IMG/VR virus record: IMGVR_UViG_3300042539_001740
Source of the DNA: a virus
Lineage: Duplodnaviria; Caudoviricetes
Length of the DNA stretch: 64,000 nt
Strand: one strand, 5' to 3'
Under the pieces are notes generated by a model. The model was not told where the DNA came from and did not search any database. It worked only from the letters and a program-made list of their open reading frames with translations. Both the position numbers and the translations under genes were made by a program. Below, in pieces: positions 31,429 through 40,608 of the stretch. Positions within the stretch are counted from its first letter, which is position 1, and every line of letters begins with the position of its first letter.

Positions 31429-33569
31429 TGTCTTGTTTTTTAGATGTAGTAGTAAATAGTATAACTGGTGATTGTAGTAATACGTCCTCAGGTGCGTTTA
31501 ATATAAGTATCAATGGTAGTGCTCCTGATTTTACAATTTCTTGGATTGACCCTAGTTTTGGTACAATTCCACTTAGTGGTGCCACAGGGTACACAATTAG
31601 TGGACTTTCGGGTGGTTCTTATGTATTTAATGTTATTGATAGTTGTTCAGGAGGTAGTACAACATTTCCTGTAAGTGTCTATATTTCGACAGGGACTTGT
31701 GTTACCTTGACAGGTGTTCAGAATACAACTTGTAATCTGAGTAATGGTAGTATTACTGCTGATACAACAAATTATTATAATTCACCTACTTTTAGTTTAT
31801 ACGAAATATCGAGTGGGTTTATTACTTCAGGACAAAGTTTCAACAATATCTTCACATTTAATTCTTTATCTGCAGGTACATATTATGTTATTGCGGACGA
31901 TGGTGGGGGATGTACTGGTAAATCTGAATCATGTATTGTTAAGTCATCAACTACGTTAGATTTTGGTGTATATGTCATCAATGATGCGGGATGTGCAGTG
32001 GACTCAGGGGCAATCTACGTTACTGGTCAAACTGGAGTACCACCATACACATATTTGTGGTCAAATGGTCAAACAACCCCATCAATCACAGGATTAACAC
32101 CTGGTAATTACAATGTGGTGGTGACAGATAGTGCTGGTTGTTCTAATAGTTTGGGTGTGGTTGTAAATGAAGTACCACCAATTGGATTGGGAACATTTAC
32201 AATTACAAATCCATCTTGTTACACTTCGGATGGAAGTGTAACAGTTGTTACAACTGGTGGTACTGCACCTTTTTATTATTCAGGTTCTAACGGAACTGTA
32301 ACAATTACTTTTGCTTCGAGTTATACATTTACTGGTGTTGCCGCAGGTAATTTCTCAGTTAGTGTAACTGATGCTGGTTTATGTAATTTTGTGGCATCCA
32401 CAATTTTGTTGACTCCGAATTCATTTACTAACGTAACAGTTTCAACAACCAACTCACTATGTAATAATAATACAGGTGTTGTTTCAGTTTCTCTATTTGG
32501 TGGTTCCCCTCCTTATTCATATACTCTGATAGATTTCACAGGAAACTCAGCAACAACAGTTACTAATGCAACAAATGTAAACTTTAATGCCTTGGAATCG
32601 GGTAATTACACCTTACAAATTACTGATGGAGGACCTTGTGTTTTTACTCAAGCTGTGACAATAAATAATACAATTTTATATACTTTAAGTTCAGTTGTAT
32701 CAGGTACAACTTGTGGACAAAATAATGGTGTTGTTACTTTAAATATAAGTAGTGGAGGTACACCACCCTACATCTATCAGATGGATGGTGTTTTAGTTAA
32801 CACAAGTTTGTCAGGTTATACATTTTCAGGATTAGCACCTGGTAATTACACAGCATCTGTAATTGATGCTAATTTATGTCAACAATTTTTACCAATATTA
32901 ATACCAACCTCATCCTCGGTAAATTTTATATTAAACCCAACATCACCACTATCGGGAAATGATGGGATGATAGAAACTTTTATATTAGAAGGTGAACCTC
33001 CGTTTAATTTAATATGGAGTTCAAACGCACCAAGTGGACAAACTGGTTTAACAATAACTGGTCTCACTGCTGGTACGTACAATCTAAGTGTTACAGATGA
33101 TAATGGATGTACACAAGTAAGAAGTGTAACTTTATTCGGATACAATTTAATATCTTCATATCAAGTTTTAAATATTTGCAACGATAATTTTGTAAATTCG
33201 GGTCAATTAATCAAAAAGGGACTACAACAGATGTATCTTGAAGGTTTTCATGACTTAACATCAGGTGATACCAATTGTTTACTAAGTGCCGCAACTTTTG
33301 TTTGTGAAGTTAGTGTAAATGGGGTAACCAACTCAATTGGTTTTTATAATTCCACATCGTTAAACGATTTTCCAACTGATAGTGTATATTTTAATGTTGT
33401 TGAAATATTATTATCACTATACCCCGAATTAGAAACAATAACTATTGATATATCGACAGGTGAGATATTAATTAGTTCATTGTGTAATCCATCCATTGGG
33501 ATGATTGATGCAACAATAATTGTGAGTGTAATAATTCTTTACAACATAAATTGTGTAAGTTGTGCATAA
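31428..33569 (+). CDS. SprB-repeat protein (7 repeats); candidate fibre/adhesin
   Basis: Repeats of C-x3-5-G-x-(I/V)...GG-x-PPY-x-Y...GL-x-x-G-x-Y-x-V-x-VTD-x-x-GC. The likely start is the ATG at 31428, TAATG-coupled. Confidence 0.85.
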   Translation: MSCFLDVVVNSITGDCSNTSSGAFNISINGSAPDFTISWIDPSFGTIPLSGATGYTISGLSGGSYVFNVIDSCSGGSTTFPVSVYISTGTCVTLTGVQNTTCNLSNGSITADTTNYYNSPTFSLYEISSGFITSGQSFNNIFTFNSLSAGTYYVIADDGGGCTGKSESCIVKSSTTLDFGVYVINDAGCAVDSGAIYVTGQTGVPPYTYLWSNGQTTPSITGLTPGNYNVVVTDSAGCSNSLGVVVNEVPPIGLGTFTITNPSCYTSDGSVTVVTTGGTAPFYYSGSNGTVTITFASSYTFTGVAAGNFSVSVTDAGLCNFVASTILLTPNSFTNVTVSTTNSLCNNNTGVVSVSLFGGSPPYSYTLIDFTGNSATTVTNATNVNFNALESGNYTLQITDGGPCVFTQAVTINNTILYTLSSVVSGTTCGQNNGVVTLNISSGGTPPYIYQMDGVLVNTSLSGYTFSGLAPGNYTASVIDANLCQQFLPILIPTSSSVNFILNPTSPLSGNDGMIETFILEGEPPFNLIWSSNAPSGQTGLTITGLTAGTYNLSVTDDNGCTQVRSVTLFGYNLISSYQVLNICNDNFVNSGQLIKKGLQQMYLEGFHDLTSGDTNCLLSAATFVCEVSVNGVTNSIGFYNSTSLNDFPTDSVYFNVVEILLSLYPELETITIDISTGEILISSLCNPSIGMIDATIIVSVIILYNINCVSCA

Positions 33570-33570
33570 T

Positions 33571-33603
33571 AAAAAACCCCACCTAAAAAGTGGGGTTTAA
33601 TTT
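33571..33603. terminator. Bidirectional terminator between the convergent operons
   Basis: Stem aaaccccac / gtggggttt with A and T runs on both flanks. Confidence 0.85.
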
Positions 33604-34202
33604 TACCATAAATTTTCTTGTTTCATATATCCTAACACACAACAATAAGCATCACTCATATCAAAATTCTCTTTCTTAAGAGTATTGTTTTTTGTGTAAC
33701 CCCAATTTATTTGAGGTTCTCTTTTGGCTACTTGTTCCCAAATAATTTGTTTTTTGTCACAATCCTTTGGTAATCCACCAAACAAAACAAACTTCCCTTT
33801 ACCATTATCTTTCACTAACCATGGGAAAGCGTTTTTTCTTGAGTTGTATGTTGATATGTATTCAGGAACAATACCTAAAACATCATATATCTCTTTGGAA
33901 ATAAGAGTATTATATCTCATTAAAGTTTGTATAGTATAAACATTGTTACTATTTAAAAGTGGCTCTTCGATAACAACTTTTTTGATGTTTAATTCATCAT
34001 ACCCCTCTAATTTAGTTTTGAAAATTTCGGTCTTAAGAAATAATTCCTTCATTTTATTTTCTTCTTTAGGTTTGGTTACTGGTGAGATATGAGTTAATTC
34101 CAATAATTCCTTACTTTCTATGTCAAACAATGCCCAACCAATTGTTTTCGTAGAAATATCTAACCCCAAAACCTTTGGGGATTGTTTCATTTTATCATTC
34201 AT
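33603..34202 (-). CDS. ruvC: RuvC-like Holliday junction resolvase
   Basis: VLGLDISTKTIGWA, VVIEEP and DMSDAY acidic catalytic positions. Confidence 0.8.
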   Translation of the reverse strand: MNDKMKQSPKVLGLDISTKTIGWALFDIESKELLELTHISPVTKPKEENKMKELFLKTEIFKTKLEGYDELNIKKVVIEEPLLNSNNVYTIQTLMRYNTLISKEIYDVLGIVPEYISTYNSRKNAFPWLVKDNGKGKFVLFGGLPKDCDKKQIIWEQVAKREPQINWGYTKNNTLKKENFDMSDAYCCVLGYMKQENLW

Positions 34203-34205
34203 AAA

Positions 34206-36626
34206 TTAAATATCTAATTTGATTACAAACTGTTGAATCCCCGTTCTCGGATATGGAGATTGTAGCTTTGAAACAATCATAAGATTTTTGTCTGAATCGT
34301 AAAGACCAATTTCAGTTACGAATGGTTGGACTGAAGTATTCCACGATGGATTTGAGGAGTATTGGAATTCTGATTGACCTAATACTATCTGATACCTCAT
34401 TTCATAAATTGTGGCTTGAATGTCAGTTTCTATATTACCATAAAAATAATATTCATCACCAAAATTTAATTGAGTTCCTGAAAAACCTGCCGTAGTTATA
34501 TCAATATAATCACTTAAGTCATAAAGTGGTGCATTATCATATAAGTCCTGAGTTATAACAAACGTATTACCTGTTAAACCTGATTGTGTTAAATACCCAT
34601 TATTACTTGTACCACTAAGTTGGAAATTATAGTCAATTATTCTCCATTGTGATGGTTCTGGTCTACCATTACCCTCAACCTTTTGACAAATAATTTCAAA
34701 TGAATCAGCAATAAAACCTGACGTAATATCACAACCTACAGAACATATACTTGGATTAGATGATAAACAATTAAATTCATCACCAAATCTTACACTAACA
34801 TTTTGAGAATTCAAAGGATTACAAGTTATGTTAGGTCCTTGTATTACTTGATAATAATTAGAATGTAAAGAATTAGTATAGGCTGAAGAGTTTGATAATC
34901 GATATGTAACGTGTAAATATTCAGTTTCGCCAGTCAGAATTCCCTCAACAGATTCGTTATCCAAACCACAAATATTTGGTGTAATTAAAGCAACCTTTGG
35001 CGCTGGTAATGTCCAGTTTCTATTGGCTTTATATGACATTGCGGCAATAATCTCTTCATCATCAATAATGATTAGTTTGTGGTCAGGAAATACCTTACCA
35101 ATTCTGTTTGGTATTCCCGCAATCGGTGTTGTATTTGGGTTTGGATTAGTATCCCATAGGTGATAATATCTTATACCTGGATTATTCATATCTTGGTTTT
35201 GATTTGACTCCAAGTAATGAACAGTAAATAATGGTATAATTAAATCATCAAAACCAGGAGGGTCAACATAAAAAGTTTGTCCATAACAACATTCAGGGTT
35301 TTTATGCCACATTAACCACGGAATGTGTAATTTGAAATTCCTTGCTTCTCCTATTGTATCATCAGGTTCAGTAATATCGTGAGGTTCCAAGGCGAATTTT
35401 TCACCATAGAAAAAATCAATCGTATTATTAGTATAATGAATAATAGCAATGGCCTTTTGTTCTTCAGGTGTAACTACAACCTTTTCATCAAAAGAGTTAT
35501 AATAATAAGTTGAATCAGTATCGGTTTGTCCACTACTTGAAGCGTAACCAAAATATTCTTTAGACCCCAAATAATCAATAGAACCAAATTTAGTATAATC
35601 TTTGTGTGTTGAGGAATTTATACCTGCTGGACTTTCTGACCAAGGAATATTCATATTCCAAATTTTAACATCAAATTGGTCAGTATAACAAACCGATTCA
35701 AAATTGATAACATCATATGGGAAGTGTTGAGATGGTGTTACACTATCATAAATCTCAGTCATTCCTGATGGATATACAATTACACGAGCATAACAATCAC
35801 CACTTAAATATGTAAAATCAGGTGTTGACCTATCCAAAGTTATATTATCCAAACAAACATCAACAATTCGATATGTTAAAATCGTATAACAACTTGACAT
35901 ATCCACAACACAAGTTGCAGTATAACTCGGTAAACACGGGCCACAATTAGTCACAGGACAAGTTGTGGTTGTAGTTGTTGTTGGAGGTGATGGTGGACTA
36001 CAAGCGTCAGTTGTTGTTGTTGTCGTTACTGGTAAGGTAGTTGTAGTAGTTGTTGCAGTGAAACAATTACAGTCATTAACACCATTACCATCATAAATTA
36101 TCGTTATAAAATCACCAATTTGATAGTTCCTAACAAAATCATTGTTACATGTAATTGCCGAAACCACAATCAAATTTGAACCATTCAAACCACTCATTTG
36201 TATTACATAGTTAGATGTTAGTGCGTAGTCACCTGTGGTTATTGCACTCCACTCTATGTTTGAACCTGATGTTGTACCTAAGAAAAACCCCCTTGGTGAT
36301 GCTGTATTATACACTGGACTTACAATCGATTGCATAAATGGGATTCCATATGTATTTCCGTTGTTACCATCCACGTAGTAAGGGTATTTAATGTTTTCCT
36401 TATTTGATTGAGGAACACCTGCCGAATTTTGAGCATTGAAACTTGGCTCTAATACTCTACTATTATATTGGTTATAACTTGTTTGAGGAATAGCATTATA
36501 CGAAACTTCACTATCACCAATTTGAAAATAACTTATATTAAAATTACCTTGAGAAATTTTTTGTCTCCCAGTATCGGTAATCCTTGTGTTTATTAAACCT
36601 GCTGTGTTTTTTAAAATATATCCCAT
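34206..36626 (-). CDS. Baseplate/tail-fibre-associated structural protein with a poly-Thr linker
   Basis: N-terminal TDTGRQKI...YFQIGDSEVSY, C-terminal VTEIGLYDSDKNLMIVSKL, and the internal tract TATTTTTTLPVTTTTTT...PPTTTTTTT. Confidence 0.7.
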   Translation of the reverse strand: MGYILKNTAGLINTRITDTGRQKISQGNFNISYFQIGDSEVSYNAIPQTSYNQYNSRVLEPSFNAQNSAGVPQSNKENIKYPYYVDGNNGNTYGIPFMQSIVSPVYNTASPRGFFLGTTSGSNIEWSAITTGDYALTSNYVIQMSGLNGSNLIVVSAITCNNDFVRNYQIGDFITIIYDGNGVNDCNCFTATTTTTTLPVTTTTTTDACSPPSPPTTTTTTTCPVTNCGPCLPSYTATCVVDMSSCYTILTYRIVDVCLDNITLDRSTPDFTYLSGDCYARVIVYPSGMTEIYDSVTPSQHFPYDVINFESVCYTDQFDVKIWNMNIPWSESPAGINSSTHKDYTKFGSIDYLGSKEYFGYASSSGQTDTDSTYYYNSFDEKVVVTPEEQKAIAIIHYTNNTIDFFYGEKFALEPHDITEPDDTIGEARNFKLHIPWLMWHKNPECCYGQTFYVDPPGFDDLIIPLFTVHYLESNQNQDMNNPGIRYYHLWDTNPNPNTTPIAGIPNRIGKVFPDHKLIIIDDEEIIAAMSYKANRNWTLPAPKVALITPNICGLDNESVEGILTGETEYLHVTYRLSNSSAYTNSLHSNYYQVIQGPNITCNPLNSQNVSVRFGDEFNCLSSNPSICSVGCDITSGFIADSFEIICQKVEGNGRPEPSQWRIIDYNFQLSGTSNNGYLTQSGLTGNTFVITQDLYDNAPLYDLSDYIDITTAGFSGTQLNFGDEYYFYGNIETDIQATIYEMRYQIVLGQSEFQYSSNPSWNTSVQPFVTEIGLYDSDKNLMIVSKLQSPYPRTGIQQFVIKLDI

Positions 36627-36650
36627 AAAGATAAATATCGAAAATTGATT

Positions 36651-37376
36651 TTATGTGACGATAATGTTACAACAATAACATCCTGATATAGAAACATTAC
36701 TTAAAGTGTAATTTTCAACACTTTGACCTAAATAACAAGCGACATCTTGGTTTTTAGTTGTAGTTGTATATGTTGTTAATATTAAAGTATCTGAATTTGT
36801 ATAAGTGAGATTGTTCCATCCCTCAGTGTACGAAGTGATGTAAACATTTTGATTTTGACAACCTGGTGTTGGATTATAAGTTGTACTCAAAGTCGAACTT
36901 GAGTATGAAATAGATTGTGTGACACTATTTTTAACCAAGTCACTCGTTGACGTTGTTGTAGAAGTACCTGAGAATGGAGAAGATTTTGAAGTATTTAAAT
37001 GTACCAAATTAAATGTTATAGTTACACCACTTGGTAAACTTGGAAACACTGAAATAGTTGTATCGTATTTTTTTGTTAATGTTGTATTGTTATTAACTAT
37101 TGTTGTTGACGAAGTATTAATTGTAACGTTGTATGTTATTGAATTATTCGATGTGTTTAGAATAACAGAATTTGTTGATGTTTCACCCGACACGTCTTTT
37201 ACAATAACAGAGTATTGACCAGGACATAAATTACTAAATAATGGTGTATTAAAATAGGTTAAACCATTATTAATTGAGTAGGAATATGGTGGTGTTCCAT
37301 TGTAACCTTGAATTGCAAAAGAACCATCACATCCACAAATTGTATCATTTATATTAACAGTTGAAGTTAAAATCAT
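36651..37376 (-). CDS. Ser/Thr-rich structural protein with one N-terminal SprB repeat
   Basis: ICGCDGS...NGTPPYSYSINNG...LCPGQYSVIVKD. Confidence 0.7.
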   Translation of the reverse strand: MILTSTVNINDTICGCDGSFAIQGYNGTPPYSYSINNGLTYFNTPLFSNLCPGQYSVIVKDVSGETSTNSVILNTSNNSITYNVTINTSSTTIVNNNTTLTKKYDTTISVFPSLPSGVTITFNLVHLNTSKSSPFSGTSTTTSTSDLVKNSVTQSISYSSSTLSTTYNPTPGCQNQNVYITSYTEGWNNLTYTNSDTLILTTYTTTTKNQDVACYLGQSVENYTLSNVSISGCYCCNIIVT

Positions 37377-37379
37377 ATA

Positions 37380-39575
37380 TTAGCTTGTTGAAGTAAATGT
37401 GTATGTACTTGTTTTAGTACCCCCAGCAACTAAATTGGCTGTTAATGTAACTAAATAAGTATGTGTATTACCAATCGGAGGACACGGGCCTTCCCATCCT
37501 TGAGTATTTGAAGCACCTGGGTCACCTGTGGTTGGATTTATTGTCACACCACCAGGCCAAGGTATTGATGAACTAACCTGAGTGGTTGTATTTGGTATAT
37601 TTGTTACATCCCAATGAATATATCCCGGATTGTCTAAATCTTCACAATAAATTTCAAAACTACTAATGTCTGAACTTGTTAAACCCCCCAACAAATACCA
37701 TTTAAACCAAGGAGTTTCATTAGAACCACCACAAGCCCCTGAAAATTTAAATGTTGTTGGTATGTCACTATCATCTAACGCCCACCAAGCATTAATTGTT
37801 AAAGATAAAAAGTCAGAACAAGCACCTATTGATGTTATAGTTTGTTGTTGAGGACTTGGAGGATTAACAGACATTGTCCATGCTCCTGAAGTTGGTGAAC
37901 TTGGATATCCTTTGAATATAGTCCAAGTAGATGTACCTAAAGCTGTATTTATAATACTACTTGTTGATGCCGATAACGACCATACTCCCGAAGTACCAAC
38001 AGATGGGTTAAAATATACAATTTCATTACCAGAATTTGATATCCAAGATGTTTGGCCATTTATATAAGTGTTATATTGGAAAGTAATTTGAGTTGTGGTT
38101 GGAGTAGGTGTACCGCCAGTCCTTTTGGTTGTCGTAATTGACATACAGAAAATATTTTCTAAATAGTTTGGAACTGGAGGTAAAGTTGTTGTTGATGTTG
38201 TAGTCGTTGTAAAACCAGGTACTGTACAAGTTGTTGTGAAAGTATAGTCACCATAATAGTCACTAACAACGGCAGTATAACTACCAGTAGATAGACCATT
38301 TATTGTCTTACCACCTATTAGTGTAGCACCATTAGGAAAAGTCCATTCTATTGTGTATGGAGGAACACCACCAACGATACTTAATGTTATTGAACCATTT
38401 GAACTATCAGGGTTTCCAGTAATATTTGTTACATTACAGATTACGTTTAATGGTTGTATAGTGAGTACGTTACAATCATTTACTGGTATATAACCCGAGT
38501 TTATATATGACCTAGTTGTTGTAGTTGTCGTTGAAGTGGTAGGTGTTACACCAGTACAAGGTGTTCTTAAAACTTGTGAACAAAAAGGTGAACCCGAACA
38601 TGTTACTAATGTAAATCCACTCGAACAAGTTAACCCAGTAACACCTGAATTATCAAAAGTAGTACCCGTTAAATCTCTTGTGGTGAATACGGTTACTAAG
38701 GTTAATGCTGATTGGGAAGTAATTGCACTCAAAGACGAAACACTACCTGAATAAATTTCAGCACCGAAACCACCAGTAGCTCCTGTACTTGAATTTAGAC
38801 CTTCCATTTGAATATAATTCGGTCCTGCTGGTAAAGTTATTGGGAAAACTGACCAAGTTGAAAAAGTTTGACCATGTGTTCTATAAGCTGAAAATGAATT
38901 GTACTGATTACCGAAAGTAAAACCACTTGTATTAGCTTCAACTAATAACACACCATTTAATTTAAATCTGTAAAAATCGTCAGCACCCATTCCCAAATAA
39001 TAGGTTTGAGATGTTGGATTATTGAAACAAGCAGTGAAACCAATCCATTCATTTGCTGGAGAAAAAGGTGATGTTGTTGTTGGCCAAACACCTGAGTAAT
39101 TTAATCTACCTGGTGAATTGGGTAGAAAAGTTGTTGATTTATTACCCCATACTGTATTAGAATTAGCACATGGCCAAATTCTAGGTCCGTGAGTTGTTGC
39201 ACTTAATGAACAACTTTCTAATAAACCACTTGGAGAAACAATACTTTGACCAGCACCCGGGCCTCCCAAAATATAATTTAAAGTTCTATCCTTCAAACTT
39301 TTGGTAGTATCAGAATCTATAAAAAATGATGTGTTGAATAAGGGTGTCCCATTTTTTGTTTGAGAACCAGTTGTAATTCCTGTCAGTATAATTGGAAACG
39401 TCAAATTAGTTATGTCTTCATAAAAAATTGTCCCCATATATCCGTTGGTAGAAAACTGACCTGCTTTCAAAACAACAAGAGTTGAGGCAGAACCACTGGT
39501 TGATGCGGTTACTTCTCTTATACACTCAGAATTATCAGGTGCTGCGGTATAACCAGATGGACAAAAACAACTCAT
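37380..39575 (-). CDS. Mosaic adhesin-like protein: PA14-like, poly-Thr, SprB repeat, C-terminal PEBP/YbhB-like domain
   Basis: GADDFYRFKLNG...ITLPAGPNYIQME; GGVPPYTIEW...GLSTGSY; EDLD...IHWDVTNIP...WEGPCPPIGNTHTY. Confidence 0.7.
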   Translation of the reverse strand: MSCFCPSGYTAAPDNSECIREVTASTSGSASTLVVLKAGQFSTNGYMGTIFYEDITNLTFPIILTGITTGSQTKNGTPLFNTSFFIDSDTTKSLKDRTLNYILGGPGAGQSIVSPSGLLESCSLSATTHGPRIWPCANSNTVWGNKSTTFLPNSPGRLNYSGVWPTTTSPFSPANEWIGFTACFNNPTSQTYYLGMGADDFYRFKLNGVLLVEANTSGFTFGNQYNSFSAYRTHGQTFSTWSVFPITLPAGPNYIQMEGLNSSTGATGGFGAEIYSGSVSSLSAITSQSALTLVTVFTTRDLTGTTFDNSGVTGLTCSSGFTLVTCSGSPFCSQVLRTPCTGVTPTTSTTTTTTRSYINSGYIPVNDCNVLTIQPLNVICNVTNITGNPDSSNGSITLSIVGGVPPYTIEWTFPNGATLIGGKTINGLSTGSYTAVVSDYYGDYTFTTTCTVPGFTTTTTSTTTLPPVPNYLENIFCMSITTTKRTGGTPTPTTTQITFQYNTYINGQTSWISNSGNEIVYFNPSVGTSGVWSLSASTSSIINTALGTSTWTIFKGYPSSPTSGAWTMSVNPPSPQQQTITSIGACSDFLSLTINAWWALDDSDIPTTFKFSGACGGSNETPWFKWYLLGGLTSSDISSFEIYCEDLDNPGYIHWDVTNIPNTTTQVSSSIPWPGGVTINPTTGDPGASNTQGWEGPCPPIGNTHTYLVTLTANLVAGGTKTSTYTFTSTS

Positions 39576-39601
39576 TAATTAGATTTTAAATATAAATAGA
39601 T

Positions 39602-40579
39602 TTATTGATTGTTTTGAACAATCTTTTTCATTATTTCGATGTATTTTATTGTTGAACTATTTTTCTCCACGTAATCAAAAAAATTAATGTTGGTTTTCAA
39701 TTTATCTAAAGGACTTACATTAATAAATTCACCTTTATAAAATTTTGAAGATTTCAAGTCATCGGTAACACCTGCCATATGTAGTATTGAATGTTGATTA
39801 TAAATCTCCATTGAATCTGTTGCCCACGAAAAACTTAATTCATCTGATATTTTAGTTTCATAATTATGTAACCATAAATTCCACAATAAAGACCACATTT
39901 CTGCTGTCCAAAATTGTATTTCACCAGGACTTATCGGAAATCTTTTTTGGTAACTCAACATTTGGTCATAAAGTGGTGTACAATCTTCATAAATTTTTTT
40001 CCATAGTTCTTTTGTCGTGTTTTTCAACAAATACTGACCACCACCTGAGTTAAGTTGGTTTTCTTTTATAGTATTAACATCAATTCCTATAATATCACTC
40101 ATTTCTCTCAAAAGTTGACCTTTTTGTGAGTTTGGATGTCTTCCTTCATATCTTTTACAACAATCCATAATGTAGTTGTAACCAATATAACCGATTGTAT
40201 CTGATAAATAATTTATTTCATCTTTGAGTAATGAATTGAAATCAGGTAATTTTCTGAATACAATATCAGCATCGTGTAAAAAAATATTTCTACTTAAAAT
40301 CGGAAACTCCTCAATTAATTTGTAAACTAAAAATGGTTTTATGTTAGGTATATAATGTTTTTGTTTTCTATCATCTAAATAATGATGAACATTAATTCCT
40401 AAATCTTTTAAATTTAAGGATTCATCACTAGGTTTGGTATTACCATAAACCATTGCAAATACAACGTGTATTTGATTTGGATTGATTCCCATCTCAATAA
40501 AGTTGTGAACATAAACTCTTACTTGCCAATGAAAGTAAGGAACATCTGGTTGTGCTGATACAAAAATTAAATCCTCCAT
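39602..40579 (-). CDS. GT-A glycosyltransferase resembling HPAT (GT95) / SERGT1 (GT96) protein O-glycosyltransferases
   Basis: DVPYFHWQVRV, YIPNIKPF, FLHDADIVFRKLP (DxD), WTAEMW, ILHMAG and FYKGEF occur in the same order as the HPAT motifs. Confidence 0.75.
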   Translation of the reverse strand: MEDLIFVSAQPDVPYFHWQVRVYVHNFIEMGINPNQIHVVFAMVYGNTKPSDESLNLKDLGINVHHYLDDRKQKHYIPNIKPFLVYKLIEEFPILSRNIFLHDADIVFRKLPDFNSLLKDEINYLSDTIGYIGYNYIMDCCKRYEGRHPNSQKGQLLREMSDIIGIDVNTIKENQLNSGGGQYLLKNTTKELWKKIYEDCTPLYDQMLSYQKRFPISPGEIQFWTAEMWSLLWNLWLHNYETKISDELSFSWATDSMEIYNQHSILHMAGVTDDLKSSKFYKGEFINVSPLDKLKTNINFFDYVEKNSSTIKYIEIMKKIVQNNQ

Positions 40580-40608
40580 AATACAAAATTATAGAGGATT
40601 ATTTGACT

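Noticed and set aside
31428-33569. Host chromosomal T9SS-secreted SprB adhesin (window being bacterial DNA)
   Set aside because: There is no signal peptide or T9SS CTD, and the gene is translationally coupled to baseplate genes.
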